Source: Methanothermobacter marburgensis str. Marburg (GTDB lineage Archaea > Methanobacteriota > Methanobacteria > Methanobacteriales > Methanothermobacteraceae). From it: a stretch of 32,000 nt of DNA. The notes under the pieces are model-generated. The model saw only the letters and a program-made list of their open reading frames with translations, searched no databases and had not been told where the DNA came from. The stretch spans positions 660,001-692,000 of the forward strand of contig NC_014408.1 of the NCBI RefSeq assembly GCF_000145295.1, in the 5' to 3' direction. Made by a program: the position numbers and the translations under genes. Below, piece after piece: positions 17,295 to 25,229 of this stretch (positions are counted from its first letter, which is position 1; every line of letters starts with the position of its first letter).

Positions 17295-17680
17295 CTCATG
17301 GGGGCCATGCCGATGTAATCATAGAAGCGGTGTTTGAAGTCATCGAATTCCTTCACTGTCTCCCATGCAATGTCATGGAGGAATCTTTCACTGTCACAGT
17401 ATATGACCTCACCCCTGAGTACCTGGACCCTCACATAGAGTGGGAGCTGCTGGAATATCTGGACATCGAATATTTCATCCACCTCACAGAGGACCCTCAG
17501 CCTGAAATCCGCTGCCTCATCAGGGGTTCCATCATAGTACACTGCAAGGTCTATATCAGACCACCCCTCCCCCCTGAGGGCTGAACCATAGAGTATTATG
17601 AACCTGACCCTCTCAGCGTCCTTGAAACTCCTTATCACACTGAGGAGCTCATCAATGCGGGTTCTGATAGATTCTTCCAT
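17291..17680 (-). CDS. mntA: Minimal nucleotidyltransferase (second MntA-like antitoxin)
   Basis: It has the GSALRGEGWSDIDLAV motif. I prefer ATG 17680 (MEESIRTRIDELL..) over the tracked start 17794. A TATA-like TTTAAGATATAT lies about 20-30 nt upstream on the minus strand, and the extra 38 aa have no family-like features. Confidence 0.8.
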   Translation of the reverse strand: MEESIRTRIDELLSVIRSFKDAERVRFIILYGSALRGEGWSDIDLAVYYDGTPDEAADFRLRVLCEVDEIFDVQIFQQLPLYVRVQVLRGEVIYCDSERFLHDIAWETVKEFDDFKHRFYDYIGMAPMR

Positions 17681-17995
17681 GTGGTTACTATGATCATCAT
17701 ATATCTTAAATTGCTGGTCATGTACTTTCACAGCCAGATAATGATGCTGCTGATTGAAATGATCAGATCCATGTTCAGAGGGCCAGTGAGGCAAAGTGGG
17801 AACTCAAATCTACAATCCCTGAATATCGGTGAGGCTGTCGTGGCTGGACTCATGGTACCGGTCCCTGCTATGGTGAAGATAGGTGAATTCAAAAGGCAGG
17901 TTGTCTGGTGGAGACCCGGACGTGGAGTCCATCTGGCGTGGGATGAAGGGTAAAGGATAAGTATCATCAGGGTCAAGAGAATTACAGTGGTTTCC

Positions 17996-18421
17996 ATGAC
18001 AGAGGCAGATTTTAAGGATTTCTATGATGTGCTGGTTGAGAACCTTGAGTCCTTCAACGGGGAATATGCATCCTTCATAGACCATGGCCCGAAACTCTTC
18101 AAGCTCCTCGCGGACTTTCTGGGCTATGAGCACCTCAAGAGCCAGCTCAAACTCAAAATAAGCGCGGCAATAGCCTACTATGTTGTACCCATGGATGTCA
18201 TCCCCGAGACGGTCTACGGTGCCTACGGGTACATTGACGACATATTCATAACAGCCTACGTCATAAGGATCCTGGCGGACGTCTATGGCTACGAGTTCCT
18301 CTCAGAGTACTGGGAGGGAGAGGAAGACCTTGAGGAGGTTGTTGAACTCTGCTATGAGAGGTCAAAGGAGGTCCTCAGGGAGAAGACAACCGATGTGCTG
18401 GAATATGTGGGTTTGATCTGA
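17996..18421 (+). CDS. DUF1232 (YkvA-like) family protein
   Basis: It has the AIAYYVVPMDVIPETVYGAYGYIDD motif (Y..P.D.IP......G..DD). ATG 17996 lies inside the tracked GTG 17987 ORF. Confidence 0.65.
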   Translation: MTEADFKDFYDVLVENLESFNGEYASFIDHGPKLFKLLADFLGYEHLKSQLKLKISAAIAYYVVPMDVIPETVYGAYGYIDDIFITAYVIRILADVYGYEFLSEYWEGEEDLEEVVELCYERSKEVLREKTTDVLEYVGLI

Positions 18422-20506
18422 TCAGCTGTTTTTCCGGACTCTGTTCTCCCAGTTCATGGCCTCAAGAACCCCAAGGATGTCATCAAGTGATTCCTTCTCC
18501 ACAGTCAGTTCAATGAGTAGTTCAAAGCACTCATCATTCCTCAGGATCATGCACTTCTTCATTGATGGTAGGAGGTCCCCCAGTTCATTCATGGTATCCA
18601 TGAGACCGTTACCACTCACAAGTCCGTTCATCATGAGGTTGAGGCTTTCACCGGTGGGGTTTATGTAGATTATCTCCTTTCTGTGGGCAGTGTCCTCTGA
18701 GGGGACAGGTTCTGCTGTTATTTCTTGTTCTATTCCTGTAACCGGGGTTTCTTCTGGCTTCACAGTCAGTGTGTCCAGGGTTTCTTCAGCATCTGATCCA
18801 TGGTACTGGAGGTAGATCTCCTCAATTTCAGGGTTGTGTTTAAGAAGGAATCCTTCGGGGCCCTCCTCAATGAGGTCATGCTCCTGGAGGGTCCAGATCC
18901 CGGCATCCAGGGTCCCGGGTTCATCAAAGTGTTCAGCCAGTTCCTCCCTTCTGAAGGGCCCTTCACCCACGACCTCCCTGATGTTCCTGAATATGTCCCA
19001 AGCCAGTATCCGGTCATAGCATTCCCGGCACTCATCCCGTTTTCCGTCGATTGTACTGTAGAAGCTGGATTTCTTGAGTTTCCTGCCGCAGATGGGGCAG
19101 GTTCTGATCATGTCTGATTCTGTAACAAGTTCCCCTTCACCATAGGCTTCATGGAAGGCTCTGAGTTCCTCGTCCGGTTTAAGGGTGTAGGTTTCGAAGG
19201 CCGGGTTGCTCTCGATGAGGTCAAAGTCCTGCAGCAGCCAGATATGGCCAGTGATGATAAACCTCTCATCCTCATTTTCTATGATGTCGTCAACAGCAAA
19301 TTCAACCCCTGGTTCAACAAGCTTTCTTATCTCAGCGAGGGCATCTGCAGCGCAGCGCCTCCTTGAGCATTCCCTGCACATGGGGGAGGTTCCATCGGAT
19401 GAATTGAATTCTGTGGCGGGTTTCACCTCCCTGCACACTGAGCACTCCAGTTCACCCTCCTCAGAGGAGGCGGTGCTTTCGGTGCGGGATGGCTCCTCAA
19501 GTTCTGATCTGAGCCCTTTAAGCTCCACATTCTCTATGATGAACTTCTGGACCTCCCCTTCGGGTTTTAACCTGCAGGTACCTGATTCCCCGTCCTGCTC
19601 AAGGAGGTTGAACTCTTCGAGTATCCAGATCATGGCTGTGAATTCTGTTCTCTCCACGTCATCCATCCCGGCTGTGTAAACGTCAACTTTAATCTCATCA
19701 CCGGCTTCAAAAATTGTGAGGATTCTTTCAAGGGATTCAAGGGCATAGAGTCTCCTTGAACATTCCCTGCAGATCCCCTGGGACATCTCAGTTTCGGTTT
19801 CAAGCTCTTTCTGGCAGCCAGAACAGAGTTCAAGGCCACTGACGGGTACTTTAGGTAATAAATCTTTTCGCTGATGGGATTCTGCCGCTGGAGCTTCTTT
19901 AGCTATTGTCTGATCCGTTTCCTCTGCTTTGGTGTGGTGCACGGGTTCATTCTCCAGTATCGCCCCTGTTTTCAGGGCGTTCGGGTCACCATCAGGTCCG
20001 GCTTCCTGGGTCCGGAGGTCATCATTCAGTTTTTCAGGGTGAGGTTCATCCCCGGGTGAATCATAAGGTTCATTCATGAATTCTTCAGGTCTTACTGCGG
20101 CCCTGAGAAGTGATTCGGCTGCAGATTTGAAGCCCAGGTTGAGTTCCATGAAGTCATCGCATTTTTCAGATAACACGTAAAGGGTTCTGAAGCTATTGAG
20201 TCCCTGATTCTTTATGAACCCGTTCCCTCCACCGCTGACATGCTTCTTTATGAAGCCCTCCCTTAGGAGAATCCAGAAGAGCAGGGAGCCGAGTTCCTCC
20301 TCATCCTTAAAGTCATCGAAGTTGAAGGGTTCCATTCCCTGAAGTGTTTCAATGGCCTTTAAAATTCGATATTTATCGTAGCATTCCCTGCAGACGCCCA
20401 GGTTCTCAGCGCCGCAGTTTTCACAGGATGAAGAAGATGATTTACTGCCGCAGGATAGGCATAAAAGTTTATCTGATTCTCTACAGCAGAGGACGCAGTT
20501 ATTCAT
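18422..20506 (-). CDS. Large protein with four zinc-ribbon + winged-helix-like repeat modules, an acidic linker and a distinct C-terminal domain
   Basis: Four modules follow the pattern CxxC-x(7-19)-CREC[YS][DR][KR]..-x(~35-45)-[IF]WxL[LEQ][ERD][FHG][NDF]L[LI]E. In 700-aa ORF numbering they start at C34, C234, C361 and C476. The real start is probably ATG 20506, since GAGGGGAG lies 9 nt upstream and the tracked start 20524 is a TTG. Confidence 0.6.
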   Translation of the reverse strand: MNNCVLCCRESDKLLCLSCGSKSSSSSCENCGAENLGVCRECYDKYRILKAIETLQGMEPFNFDDFKDEEELGSLLFWILLREGFIKKHVSGGGNGFIKNQGLNSFRTLYVLSEKCDDFMELNLGFKSAAESLLRAAVRPEEFMNEPYDSPGDEPHPEKLNDDLRTQEAGPDGDPNALKTGAILENEPVHHTKAEETDQTIAKEAPAAESHQRKDLLPKVPVSGLELCSGCQKELETETEMSQGICRECSRRLYALESLERILTIFEAGDEIKVDVYTAGMDDVERTEFTAMIWILEEFNLLEQDGESGTCRLKPEGEVQKFIIENVELKGLRSELEEPSRTESTASSEEGELECSVCREVKPATEFNSSDGTSPMCRECSRRRCAADALAEIRKLVEPGVEFAVDDIIENEDERFIITGHIWLLQDFDLIESNPAFETYTLKPDEELRAFHEAYGEGELVTESDMIRTCPICGRKLKKSSFYSTIDGKRDECRECYDRILAWDIFRNIREVVGEGPFRREELAEHFDEPGTLDAGIWTLQEHDLIEEGPEGFLLKHNPEIEEIYLQYHGSDAEETLDTLTVKPEETPVTGIEQEITAEPVPSEDTAHRKEIIYINPTGESLNLMMNGLVSGNGLMDTMNELGDLLPSMKKCMILRNDECFELLIELTVEKESLDDILGVLEAMNWENRVRKNS

Positions 20507-20746
20507 ATGGCATACTCCCCTCAATACAGTATAATTTAATGTTTTTACAGCTACTTAAATCATTAACATTTACAGGGTTATAAAAAAATTTATCTATCAA
20601 TTTTTAGAAACATTTAAATGACTTTAATGCCATAAAAAGGGGGTTTTTACATAATAAAACAGAAAAGGCTGGTCCCCAGGGGTAAGTCCAGATACTGGCT
20701 TCACAGAATAGATGATGATGTCCTTGAAGATATATCAAAGAACCTC

Positions 20747-21421
20747 GTGATTGGCTCCATGAGGAAGAGGGGTAAACTTATAAATGAAATCCGATCAGGT
20801 GACAGGATATTCCTCTTCAAGCCCATCCCCCTCAATGGCCGGAGGACACTCTCATTTGTTGCATACACCATGGTTGAAAGTGTGTACAGTGACCCTGAAA
20901 CCCTCTATGATTACTATGAATCCCCCCGGAAGCTGAAGCTCAAGGGTATAAAGTTCTTCAACCCACCCATACCATTAGTTAAATTCAAGGATAAACTTGT
21001 TTCCTTTGATTCTAAAAAATGGTCATCAGCAACGAAATCTGAGTACAGAAAGATAGATGAGGCTGACTTCAGGACCATAAGGTCCAGGGCAAAGTTCATA
21101 GAGAAATTCCCCGCCTACCTTGAGGAGGTATCCTTCAGCATGGATGAATTCATTCTGAACTCCATCATGGGCCTCCACAGCATGCTCAGAAAGGCCGATG
21201 GCCGGAAGCAGATGGAGATAAAATCCTTCATAAAACTCCTTGATGAATTCATCCAGTCCTACGGGATTAACAAATCATATGATGAACTCGAGGAATTCTA
21301 CTCAATCAACGCCTGGAGGACCGGTATAAAACACTACCCTTCACGGGATCCTGAGAGGATAGTAACACTCTACAACAGCAGAGGGGCTGGAAGAGACTTT
21401 GGATTGATATCCCTGGAATAG
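20747..21421 (+). CDS. EVE/PUA-like domain protein with a helical C-terminal half; the 5' end is uncertain (first gene of the triad)
   Basis: The pattern ..IRSGDRIFLFKP....RTLSFVAYTMVESVYSD......SPRKLKLKGIKFFNPPIPLVKFKDKL..F.SKKW.....EYRKIDEADF matches archaeal EVE/PUA-like domains. The expected first strand (RYWLHRI, 20690-20710) is encoded in frame upstream of the first canonical start codon (see findings). Confidence 0.55.
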   Translation: MIGSMRKRGKLINEIRSGDRIFLFKPIPLNGRRTLSFVAYTMVESVYSDPETLYDYYESPRKLKLKGIKFFNPPIPLVKFKDKLVSFDSKKWSSATKSEYRKIDEADFRTIRSRAKFIEKFPAYLEEVSFSMDEFILNSIMGLHSMLRKADGRKQMEIKSFIKLLDEFIQSYGINKSYDELEEFYSINAWRTGIKHYPSRDPERIVTLYNSRGAGRDFGLISLE

Positions 21422-21431
21422 GAGGCTTAAT

Positions 21432-22673
21432 ATGAATGCAGAGAGTATCATAAATGCCCTTAAAAATGGTAACGTCCCCCCGGAGGGGGTGGGAGAGATA
21501 TGCGTTGGGCGTGAGAGGGAACTGGAGGAGTTCGACAAGATATTCGGTAAGGTTAAGGATGGGGCCGCGGTAACAAGGTTCCTCAACGGTGAATTCGGGT
21601 CGGGAAAGTCCTTCTTCCTGAAACTCCTGGAGGAAAGGGCCCTTGCAGATAACTTCGTCGTCGCCAAGGTGACACTCAGCAGGGACGTCCCCTTCAACAA
21701 GTTCGAGGTCGTCTACAGGAGCATCGTTGCCTCGCTCCGCTGCAAGACAGGCACATCCCTTGAGCACATAATTGAAAAGTGGACCACACAGCTCCGCATG
21801 ATGGCCCTAAGGGAAACCACGGACCCCTACCAGCAGGAGAGGATAGTGATAGACAACATAAACAATGACCTCAAGGAGGTCCGTAAACACGCCACAACCT
21901 TCGCTGCTGCAATAGAGAACTACTACAAGCTCTCTGCACGGGGTGACCAGGAGACAGCAAAGTATGCAATGGCCTGGCTCAGCGGTGAGAAGAACATACC
22001 ATTCACCATAAAGAGGCAGTTCGGTGTCAAGGGTGACATTGACCGGGAAAACGCCTTCAAGTACCTTGAGGCCCTCTCCTCATTCCTCAGGGCACTCAAC
22101 TATTCAGGGCTCATAATACTCATAGACGAGGCAGAGCACATAATGACCCTCCACACAAAGAAGCTGAGGGACACAGCCTACGACTACATGAGGTTCATAT
22201 ACGATGAGTGCAGCCTCGGCAGATTCCACAACACCCTCTTCATATTCGCAGGGACCCCCGAGTTCTTTGAGGACCCCAAGATGGGCGTGCCCTCCTACAC
22301 AGCACTGAATGAGAGGATAGAGGACGTCCTCAACACGGAATTCAAGGACCTCAGGAAACCCATAATAAGGCTTGACGGCTTCAAGAAGGACAACCTCATG
22401 GAGCTGTCAGATCGCCTCATAGGTATGCACGAGGAGGTCTATGAATGGGAGGCAAAACCTGTCAGGGAGTCCCTTGATGGTATAATAGCAAGGCATGAGG
22501 CCAACGCGGAACTCACAGGTTACATTTCACCGAGAAACTTTGTTAAATCATTCATAAGTGTCCTTGATGTTGTCCAGCAGAACCCTGAACTCCGAAGCGA
22601 GGAGGAGATCCTTGACCTCTTCGAGGAGAAGGAGATGGAGTTTGAGGAGTTCGAGGACGAGGACTGGGTTTAG
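21432..22673 (+). CDS. BrxD-like (DUF2791-type) P-loop ATPase
   Basis: 413 aa. It has N-terminal L..G.VPPEGV..I.VGRERELEEF, Walker A NGEFGSGKSFF, Walker B GLIILIDEAEH and FIFAGTPEFFEDP, then an acidic tail. GGAGG RBS (21421-21425) overlaps the upstream stop. Confidence 0.65.
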   Translation: MNAESIINALKNGNVPPEGVGEICVGRERELEEFDKIFGKVKDGAAVTRFLNGEFGSGKSFFLKLLEERALADNFVVAKVTLSRDVPFNKFEVVYRSIVASLRCKTGTSLEHIIEKWTTQLRMMALRETTDPYQQERIVIDNINNDLKEVRKHATTFAAAIENYYKLSARGDQETAKYAMAWLSGEKNIPFTIKRQFGVKGDIDRENAFKYLEALSSFLRALNYSGLIILIDEAEHIMTLHTKKLRDTAYDYMRFIYDECSLGRFHNTLFIFAGTPEFFEDPKMGVPSYTALNERIEDVLNTEFKDLRKPIIRLDGFKKDNLMELSDRLIGMHEEVYEWEAKPVRESLDGIIARHEANAELTGYISPRNFVKSFISVLDVVQQNPELRSEEEILDLFEEKEMEFEEFEDEDWV

Positions 22674-22688
22674 TCAGGGTGTAATCTG

Positions 22689-24821
22689 ATGTCCTCCGAA
22701 TCACTCAACCCCCGCCTCAGGCACTTCCTCGCCAACAGGCTGGGATGGAGGAGCCTGAGGGAGGTGCAGAAATCCGCCATTGAAGCCATAGGGAGGGGGG
22801 AGGACACCCTCATAGTTGCACCCACAGCCTCTGGTAAGACCGAGGCAGCCATGATACCTGTCTTCAACTCCATACTCACAGAGGGCCTCCCACCTGTCAG
22901 TCTGCTCTATGTCTCACCCCTCAAGGCACTCATAAATGACATGCACAGCAGACTGGAGTACTGGGGCAACCACTTCAACCTTGAGGTCATGAAGTGGCAC
23001 GGGGATGTCCCGCCAGACACCAAGCGGAGGTTCATCAGGAACCCCGCGGACATCCTCCTAATAACACCAGAGTCCCTTGAGGTCATCATGGTGAACAGGA
23101 GCCGGGATGAGAGGGAGAGGATCTTCAGAAACCTCCGCTACATCATAGTGGATGAGATCCACTACTTCATAGAGTCAGACAGGGGTGTCCAGCTGAACTC
23201 CCTCCTTGCAAGGCTTGAGAGGTACACCGCTGTGAGGCCCCAGAGGATAGGGCTCTCTGCGACGGTTGGAAACCCCGAAGACGTCCTTGAGTGGATGAGC
23301 CCCTCGGGGGTTGTTGTAAAGGAGAGCTCTGATAGGAGACTCCAGTACAGGATATTCTCTGGTGGAGAAGCGGGGGTCATTGATGTTTTAAGGAGGTTAA
23401 CCGGCAGGAAGGTCCTCATCTTCGTCCCATCAAGGAGGGAGGCCGAGAGGTACTACAACATCATAAGAAGGTGCCTGGATGTGGACGTCTTCATACACCA
23501 CTCCTCCCTGAACAGGGAGTCACGGGAGGAGGCAGAGGAGAAATTCAAATCCATCTCAGCGGCCTTCATGGTGAGCACCAGTACACTGGAGCTTGGTATA
23601 GATGTGGGTGACATCGACGTGGTGGTACACCTGCGGAGTCCAACAACCGTGAACCAGTTCCTCCAGAGGACAGGGAGGAGCGGCAGGAGGAGCGGCAACC
23701 AGAGGACCATCATATTCCATGAGGGTGAGGTGCTCCTCGCCCTCTCGGTTGTCTCACTGGCACTTTCAGGTAAACTTGAAATGCTCAGGATACCCAGAAG
23801 GCCCCTTGACATATACTTCCACCAGATCCTGAGTTCGGTGTTTGAGATTGAAAAACCGGGGCCCGCCGAGATATACAGGGGCCTGGGGAGGGCCCATGTA
23901 TTCTCTGATATAAATCAAGGGGACTTCAGGCACCTCCTTGAATTCATGGGTGAGAGTGATTTTATAAGGAAGCACGGGACCTACCTCTACCATGGCTTCA
24001 ACTTTGAGAAGGTCTTCGGTAAGATGAACTTCCTGGAGTTCTACTCTGTTTTCTACCCCACCTATGAGTTCACTGTTAAGCACGGCACAAAGACAATAGG
24101 AACCCTTGACGCATTCTTCGCTGTAACATACCTTGAGGAGGGGAGGGGCTTCGTGCTTGGTGGTGAAAACTGGATTGTGAGGGAGATAGACCATGAAAAA
24201 TTCATAGTTAAGGTTAAGCCCTGCTCACGGAAGGCCAGTATTCCTGACTGGAGTGGTGGCGGTGCCCCTGTGAGCTTTGAGGTTGCAAGGCACGCCTATG
24301 ACATCCTCCTTGGAAAATTCAACCGGGACCTCCTCAAGTGGCTAGATGACGCATCAAGGGAGAGGGTCCTATCTGAGATGGCAAGGGCCTCTGCCGCAGG
24401 TTTAACCAGGGATGTTATCCCTGTGAGTGTCGGGTCGGATGTGGAGATCCACACCTTTGGAGGGGAGAGGGTTAACGGCCTCATCTCTGATATATTCAGG
24501 ATGGAGCATGATGCATACCGTGTCAGGGATGATGCCTTCGCGGCGCGCTTCAGCGCAAAGGTAGACTACGATGACGTGGTATCTACTCTGAATGAGATCC
24601 CATCCATCATCTCTGAGGAGGACTTCCCCCTCAGGCTCCATGACAGGCTTGACAGGATGGTTAAGAACAAGTTCATAGAGCACCTCCCGGAGGATGTGGC
24701 GGCCCATATAAAGTACAGCCTCCTCTACAGGCCGGATGAGCTCATGGGGCTGCTTGAGGCCAGCAGACCTGTTGAGGTGGAGGGTTTCAGGATTCAGGTT
24801 TTTCATGGTTCTAAGAAATAG
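22689..24821 (+). CDS. Lhr-like / BrxHI-like SF2 DEAD/DEAH-box helicase
   Basis: 710 aa. Motif I is VAPTASGKTEAA, II is IIVDEIHYF, III is GLSATVGN, V is STSTLELGIDVG and VI is QRTGRSGRR. A ~360-aa C-terminal extension with WH-like LDIYFHQILS and IPDWSGGGAPVSFEV resembles the Lhr DEAD-associated region. It starts 15 nt after the upstream stop. Confidence 0.8.
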   Translation: MSSESLNPRLRHFLANRLGWRSLREVQKSAIEAIGRGEDTLIVAPTASGKTEAAMIPVFNSILTEGLPPVSLLYVSPLKALINDMHSRLEYWGNHFNLEVMKWHGDVPPDTKRRFIRNPADILLITPESLEVIMVNRSRDERERIFRNLRYIIVDEIHYFIESDRGVQLNSLLARLERYTAVRPQRIGLSATVGNPEDVLEWMSPSGVVVKESSDRRLQYRIFSGGEAGVIDVLRRLTGRKVLIFVPSRREAERYYNIIRRCLDVDVFIHHSSLNRESREEAEEKFKSISAAFMVSTSTLELGIDVGDIDVVVHLRSPTTVNQFLQRTGRSGRRSGNQRTIIFHEGEVLLALSVVSLALSGKLEMLRIPRRPLDIYFHQILSSVFEIEKPGPAEIYRGLGRAHVFSDINQGDFRHLLEFMGESDFIRKHGTYLYHGFNFEKVFGKMNFLEFYSVFYPTYEFTVKHGTKTIGTLDAFFAVTYLEEGRGFVLGGENWIVREIDHEKFIVKVKPCSRKASIPDWSGGGAPVSFEVARHAYDILLGKFNRDLLKWLDDASRERVLSEMARASAAGLTRDVIPVSVGSDVEIHTFGGERVNGLISDIFRMEHDAYRVRDDAFAARFSAKVDYDDVVSTLNEIPSIISEEDFPLRLHDRLDRMVKNKFIEHLPEDVAAHIKYSLLYRPDELMGLLEASRPVEVEGFRIQVFHGSKK

Positions 24822-24855
24822 ACATTCATGTGAATCAGAGTCTAATGATGTGTGA

Positions 24856-25095
24856 TTAGCTTCTTATGATAAAATGTTCCTCTTTTTCAGGTACAGTGTA
24901 ACTGCTTATAAGGTCCTGATACATTTCAAGAACATCCTCGTCGCTAAGGAAGAGTTCAAGCGCCTCCCGGATGTTCTCAAGAGCAATTTCTTTGCTTATA
25001 CCCTGACTGGCTATGTTAAAGGGCTCACATATCGCCACGAACAGGTTTCCCTCTTTTTCAATCTTTACTGGAAGCTCAAGTTTAACTGAGGCCAT
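24856..25095 (-). CDS. HicB-like (UPF0150) antitoxin-fold protein, orphan
   Basis: 79 aa. The segment VKIEKEGNLFVAICEPFNIASQGISKEIALENIREALELFL fits the HicB N-terminal RNase-H-like fold pattern. No HicA-like ORF is adjacent. Confidence 0.55.
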   Translation of the reverse strand: MASVKLELPVKIEKEGNLFVAICEPFNIASQGISKEIALENIREALELFLSDEDVLEMYQDLISSYTVPEKEEHFIIRS

Positions 25096-25146
25096 CCCAT
25101 CTCACCTGCAGTTCAAAGATGGGCATATGATATGATTAATGCTTAT

Positions 25147-25183
25147 GTTGCAGCTGCAACAGTTGCCATGACAACATTTATAT
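25147..25183. promoter_or_regulatory. Twin palindromic operator candidates abutting the marR TATA box
   Basis: GTTGCAGCTGCAAC (25147-25160) is a perfect 14-bp palindrome. GTTGCCATGACAAC (25162-25175) has one mismatched pair. ATTTATAT (25176-25183) follows directly, about 47 bp upstream of the marR ATG. Confidence 0.55.
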
Positions 25184-25229
25184 GGTGCCATCCAGATAAC
25201 TTCAGCATCAGAACATTGAGGATGAAGTG

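Noticed and set aside
17681-18133. ORFs 17681-17953 (+), 17728-17997 (-) and 17810-18133 (-), plus the 38-aa N-terminal extension of the second MNT gene.
   Set aside because: They overlap one another and the DUF1232 gene, and show no motifs. The MNT domain starts cleanly at ATG 17680, which has a TATA-like element upstream.
20633-20635. Recoding or readthrough of the in-frame TAA upstream of the EVE-like gene.
   Set aside because: I know of no TAA-reassignment mechanism in this lineage. TAA is used as an ordinary stop elsewhere in the window, for example at 14039-14041 and 16813-16815. A nonsense mutation or a downstream start is more parsimonious.
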